Shown here piece after piece: positions 60,275 through 64,000 of a stretch of 64,000 nt of DNA. The notes below the pieces were generated by a model. The model saw only the letters and a program-made list of their open reading frames with translations, did not search any database and had not been told where the DNA came from. Each line of letters starts with the position of its first letter. Within the stretch, counting starts at the first letter, position 1. The position numbers were made by a program, and so were the translations under genes. Location of the stretch: assembly GCA_964344485.1 (NCBI GenBank), contig CAYFNF010000002.1, positions 176,273-240,272 on the forward strand, given 5' to 3'. The DNA is from an uncultured Gammaproteobacteria bacterium. GTDB taxonomy: Bacteria; Patescibacteriota; Patescibacteriia; UBA9570; XYC2-FULL-38-9.

Positions 60275-61537
60275 CTACGATAAATAGCGAATCCACACAT
60301 ATGCGGTTGATATGATCATCGTGACGATCATAATCACAAACCCCATCTTGAAAAAGTCTTTAAACGACATGCGATGACCCGCTTTCTCCGCAAGTCCTGC
60401 GCCCACTAAGTTTGCTGATGCACCAATGATAGTTCCATTTCCTCCCATGTCTGCCCCGAGTGCCAATGCCCACCATAAAATTTCTATATTCAAATTTGCA
60501 GCTCCCAACTCTTGGACTAACGGAATCATAGTTGCGACAAATGGAATATTATCAATAAATGCAGAGAAGATCGCTGAGCCCCACATAATCGAGAGCGTGG
60601 TTGCGACCATTGATCCTTGTGTTACATCTAACAATCCATGTGCCAGCATATCAATAAACCCAACGTGCTCGATTCCAGCAACTAACACAAACAACCCTGC
60701 AAAGAATACAATCGTTGTCCACTCTAATTCTTTTAGAATCTCTTCAGGATGTGTGTTTGTAATCACCAAGAGCAGTCCAGCACCGAATAATGCAATAGTT
60801 GCGGCCTCTAAATGTAACACTCCGTGAAACAGGAAGCCGATAATCGTGATACCCAAGACCACTAATGACTTCACCAGCAGTTTCTTGTCTTTCAGAGACG
60901 ACCGAGCATCAAATTCCATGATCCGTTTCTTGAGCTCTTCTGTGGTTTGAATGTGCTTTTTATACACTAAAGCAAGAATAACTAGAACAACTGGTGACAT
61001 AATAATCACAATCGGAGCTAAGTTGATAATAAAATCCATAAACGATAACCCTGCTGCTGAACCGATCAGAATATTTGGCGGATCTCCAATTAGTGTTGCA
61101 GTACCACCGACATTGGACATAATAATCTCTGCTATCAGCAATGGAATTGGATTAATACGCAAGTTATCGGCAATAACAAACGTCACAGGAGCGATCAACA
61201 TTATAGTAGTGACGTTGTCGAGTAGAGCTGAAAAGACTGCGGTAATCAGAGATAGGTAAATGAGAATCCGTATTGGATCACCTTTAGCCACTTTTGCTGC
61301 GCGAATCGCTACATACTGAAACAACCCGGTCTTTTTAGTGATCAACACTAAAATCATCATGCCCATTAATAAACCGATGGTATTGAAATCAATAGCAGCA
61401 AATGCGTCTTTTTGGTGAAGGATACCCAACGCCACCATTAACACACCGCCGGCCAAAGCAACAGTGGTCCTGTGGATGCGCTCTGAAACAATGACAATAT
61501 ACGCAACTATGAAAATGGTAACTGCAAGTGCAAACAT
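60275..61537 (-). CDS. ArsB/NhaD-superfamily permease (CitMHS/YbiR-like anion transporter)
   Basis: About 12 TM helices with an internal repeat. Conserved DNVTTIMLIAPV and DNIPFVATMIPL blocks are typical of this superfamily. Confidence 0.7.
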   Translation of the reverse strand: MFALAVTIFIVAYIVIVSERIHRTTVALAGGVLMVALGILHQKDAFAAIDFNTIGLLMGMMILVLITKKTGLFQYVAIRAAKVAKGDPIRILIYLSLITAVFSALLDNVTTIMLIAPVTFVIADNLRINPIPLLIAEIIMSNVGGTATLIGDPPNILIGSAAGLSFMDFIINLAPIVIIMSPVVLVILALVYKKHIQTTEELKKRIMEFDARSSLKDKKLLVKSLVVLGITIIGFLFHGVLHLEAATIALFGAGLLLVITNTHPEEILKELEWTTIVFFAGLFVLVAGIEHVGFIDMLAHGLLDVTQGSMVATTLSIMWGSAIFSAFIDNIPFVATMIPLVQELGAANLNIEILWWALALGADMGGNGTIIGASANLVGAGLAEKAGHRMSFKDFFKMGFVIMIVTMIISTAYVWIRYLS

Positions 61538-61543
61538 ATTGTA

Positions 61544-62011
61544 TTAATTTGGATCGTCGTGCATATGAACAATGGACGCCATTGCACGTTTAATATCAGT
61601 ACGTGAAACTAAGCCAGCCAATTTATCATCTGCATTCATCACTGGAATGTATCTGAAGTTGTACTTTGATGCTAAAGTCGCGACTTTAATAAAACGGTCA
61701 TCCTCTCGCACACAGACACCATTGAATTTCTCCATCATATCAATCACTGGAATATGCAATGCAGCAGAGACGGACTTATGAAACACTCCTTCTGGCTCAT
61801 ACTGAGCAAGGTCAGGATTCTCTCGCAAGTACTGCGGCGTCATATGATTTATGAGATGAAACGAGTCTATAGCTCCAACCGGCGCGTTATTCTTATCAAT
61901 AACTATTAAACCGTTTGTCTTATTGCTGATCATGGTCTTTAACGCATCTCGGAACGTTGCATCATCAGAGATAGTGACTATCTGATTCCGCATATGTTCT
62001 TTTACTAGCAT
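61544..62011 (-). CDS. CBS-domain pair protein
   Basis: 155 aa with two CBS-like repeats (…VIDKNNAPVGAIDSFHLI…, …YIPVMNADDKLAGLVSRTDI…). Confidence 0.7.
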   Translation of the reverse strand: MLVKEHMRNQIVTISDDATFRDALKTMISNKTNGLIVIDKNNAPVGAIDSFHLINHMTPQYLRENPDLAQYEPEGVFHKSVSAALHIPVIDMMEKFNGVCVREDDRFIKVATLASKYNFRYIPVMNADDKLAGLVSRTDIKRAMASIVHMHDDPN

Positions 62012-62128
62012 AATATTGAATCAATAATGATAAATGATAATACGCCCTTTCATAGTCTACTCCTTTATTTATAAAAAACACACCCTGAAACATGTAATGT
62101 TATCCACATCCTTACAAGAAAGTGATCA

Positions 62129-62157
62129 TTGACGTTTATTTTTCATGCCTGTAGAAT
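62129..62157 (+). promoter_or_regulatory. Sigma70-like promoter upstream of the ATPase operon
   Basis: TTGACG-17 nt-TAGAAT, about 55 nt upstream of the 62214 ATG. Confidence 0.5.
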
Positions 62158-62213
62158 AGAGCCCGCTTGCTATCTACATATCAAGTAATCAAAATTGACT
62201 TTTTTAAAAAAAT

Positions 62214-62546
62214 ATGGCGAAAAATACTACGGTAATTGATCAAATCAAACAAGAAGAGGAAAAATCTGATCAAGAGCTAGACAAAGCAAATCAGCAGGTA
62301 GAAAAAGAACTACAGGAATTAAAGAACGCACATGAAGAACGACTGTTAGATATTGATGAGATGGTTGAACAGGAAAAGAAACAGATTTTAGAGAAAGCCA
62401 AGCAAGATATCTCAGCAAAAAAGAAGGAATTTGATTCAAATCAAGAGCAAGCACTGCAGAAACTGGAAGGAATTTCCGATGACCAGATCAAGAAAATTGC
62501 TAGCGATGTAGTGAAGCAGATTATTAGTGGAGCCTCCCAAGCATAG
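62214..62546 (+). CDS. A/V-type ATP synthase subunit H-like small coiled-coil protein
   Basis: A 110-aa K/E/Q-rich coiled coil immediately precedes subunit I, as in ntpH/atpH-I operons. Confidence 0.45.
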   Translation: MAKNTTVIDQIKQEEEKSDQELDKANQQVEKELQELKNAHEERLLDIDEMVEQEKKQILEKAKQDISAKKKEFDSNQEQALQKLEGISDDQIKKIASDVVKQIISGASQA

Positions 62547-62547
62547 T

Positions 62548-64000
62548 ATGGCTGTAGCTGAAGTAAAAAAATTACAACTTGTTGCGTTAAACAACTATAG
62601 AGACGAGATTGTTGAACTGCTTCAAGAGAGTGAAGCAGTTGAATTAATAGGAGAGACAGAACAAGAATCGCTGATTCAGTCTTTAGAATACGATATTGCG
62701 CAGATCGATTTCTCTATTCAGCTGATCTCAGAACACCACGAAGAAAAAACCGCTTTCATAGAAAAGCTGCGTGGTGGTAAAATTCGACTCACCAAAGAGG
62801 AAATTGAAAAAAGTGTAGAATCATTTGAATACAAAAAGATTACTGAGGAGCTAACGGAGATTGATGCAAAACTGACAGAAGCACGGAACATTATTAATAA
62901 GAACAACCAGGAGATTGAAATTCTCACTCCATGGGTTGAACTGCAGACTCCTCCGGTACAATTCAAAGAAACAAAAATGGCTGGTGTTGCGCTAGGCATT
63001 TTTAAAACCGAAGACTTTGACGCGTTCAAACAAAAGGTTTCTTCCATGGAGAACCAGATTGAAATCAATATTGTCTCACGGAATGAAAAATCTACGTACG
63101 TGATGATCGTGTTTACTGAAGCTGTTGGTGAGCAGATGCAGCAACTACTGAATGAGTACCGATTCGAAGCAACGGATCTTCCGTATGAAGACGACAAGCC
63201 AAAACATGTGATTGAAAAACTCAAGAAAGAGATTACAGAAGCAGAAAACACCATTCAAGAACAAGAGAAAGTTGTTGCGACATACGGTAAGCATGTAGAA
63301 AAGCTCAAAATTACACATGATTTTCTCTCCTGGCAGAAAGATCAGAAAGAAGCGGAGCGATACATTGAACACACAAAACGGACATTCATTATTCGATTTT
63401 GGATTCAATCAAACAGCATTCCTGTATTGGAAAAACAGCTGACAAAGATTACGCCAAATTTTGTTACCACAGAGCTAGAAAAGAATGAGGAAGAAGAAAT
63501 TCCTGTCCCATTAAAGAACTCTTCACTGTTCACACCGTTTGAACAAGTCACGAACATCTATGGTGTACCAAAGAACAACGAACCTGATCCAACACCATTA
63601 TTAGCACCATTTTTCGTGGTGTATTTTGGTCTAGCACTCACTGACGCAGCATATGGAATTATTCTTGCAGTTGGAGCATATCTGGCTATTAAAATTTTAA
63701 AGATACCGAAAGAGAACCAGAAATTGTTTATGGTGTTGTTCTGGGGCGGTGTGTCCACATTCATCTTTGGCGCATTATTCGGTGGATGGTTCGGCATTGA
63801 TATCAATGTCATGCCTGAAGCCATTGGAAATGTCCTCAAGTCCGTACGCGTTATGGATCCACTCGCAAACCCTATTGCAGTGTTACTACTTACTTTGGTT
63901 CTTGGAATTATTCAGATTATGATCGGTATCGGTATTAAAGGATATTGGGATATTAAACAGAAAAAAGTTAAAGATGCATTACTAGACTCTGGTACATGGC
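62548..64000 (+). CDS. A/V-type ATP synthase subunit I (116-kDa / a-subunit family), 3' truncated by the window edge
   Basis: An N-terminal ~350-aa soluble coiled-coil domain is followed by multiple TM helices (LAPFFVVYFGLALTDAAYGIILAV…) in the V_ATPase_I arrangement. The ORF is open to the end of the window. Confidence 0.7.
   Translation, partial: MAVAEVKKLQLVALNNYRDEIVELLQESEAVELIGETEQESLIQSLEYDIAQIDFSIQLISEHHEEKTAFIEKLRGGKIRLTKEEIEKSVESFEYKKITEELTEIDAKLTEARNIINKNNQEIEILTPWVELQTPPVQFKETKMAGVALGIFKTEDFDAFKQKVSSMENQIEINIVSRNEKSTYVMIVFTEAVGEQMQQLLNEYRFEATDLPYEDDKPKHVIEKLKKEITEAENTIQEQEKVVATYGKHVEKLKITHDFLSWQKDQKEAERYIEHTKRTFIIRFWIQSNSIPVLEKQLTKITPNFVTTELEKNEEEEIPVPLKNSSLFTPFEQVTNIYGVPKNNEPDPTPLLAPFFVVYFGLALTDAAYGIILAVGAYLAIKILKIPKENQKLFMVLFWGGVSTFIFGALFGGWFGIDINVMPEAIGNVLKSVRVMDPLANPIAVLLLTLVLGIIQIMIGIGIKGYWDIKQKKVKDALLDSGTW

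Overview
The window is a gene-dense bacterial chromosome segment of about 42% GC. Almost no native gene has a Shine-Dalgarno sequence and many genes overlap, which is consistent with a small-genome, CPR/Patescibacteria-like or other low-GC bacterium. I cannot assign taxonomy from the sequence alone.

The conserved housekeeping content, in order along the window:
- priA (5' partial), def and fmt.
- A GT2 glycosyltransferase, membrane transporters, and a tandem pair of DUF3048-like paralogs.
- rplY, a SEDS-family (FtsW/RodA) gene, and dnaE.
- A T-box leader upstream of thrS, then a MiaB-family gene.
- A ten-gene pyrimidine supercluster on the minus strand: carA, carB, pyrB, pyrI, pyrC, an ornithine-carbamoyltransferase-like gene, pyrD, pyrK, pyrE and pyrF.
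- gatB, then a dNTP-metabolism cluster: dut, tmk, an extended thymidylate-synthase-family protein, a P-loop kinase and dCMP deaminase.
- secE, nusG, rplK and rplA driven by a near-consensus sigma70-like promoter.
- glpK, a CdsA-like membrane protein, gyrB, pheS and pheT.
- A UvrD-family helicase fused to a Cas4/AddB-type iron-sulfur nuclease.
- An ArsB/NhaD permease, a CBS-domain protein, and the start of an A/V-type ATPase operon (H and I subunits).

The features that stand out:
- A roughly 1.3 kb insertion at 50.28-51.60 kb with about 66% GC. It carries its own strong SD and intrinsic terminator, and encodes a secreted, His-rich protein with a 4-Cys knot at each end and no family I can recognise.
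- A second small GC-rich cassette at 33.1-33.4 kb. It encodes a 72-aa CxxC...CxxC zinc-ribbon protein with a strong SD, immediately upstream of a stand-alone ATP-grasp protein resembling the N-terminal half of cyanophycin synthetase.
- A moderately GC-elevated five-gene operon at 54.77-60.16 kb. Its products are acidic, low-complexity or coiled-coil proteins, two of them paralogous and signal- or TM-anchored.
- A 94-nt GC-rich tRNA-like element ending in ACCA.
- A hypothetical gene interrupted by a single in-frame TAG codon.
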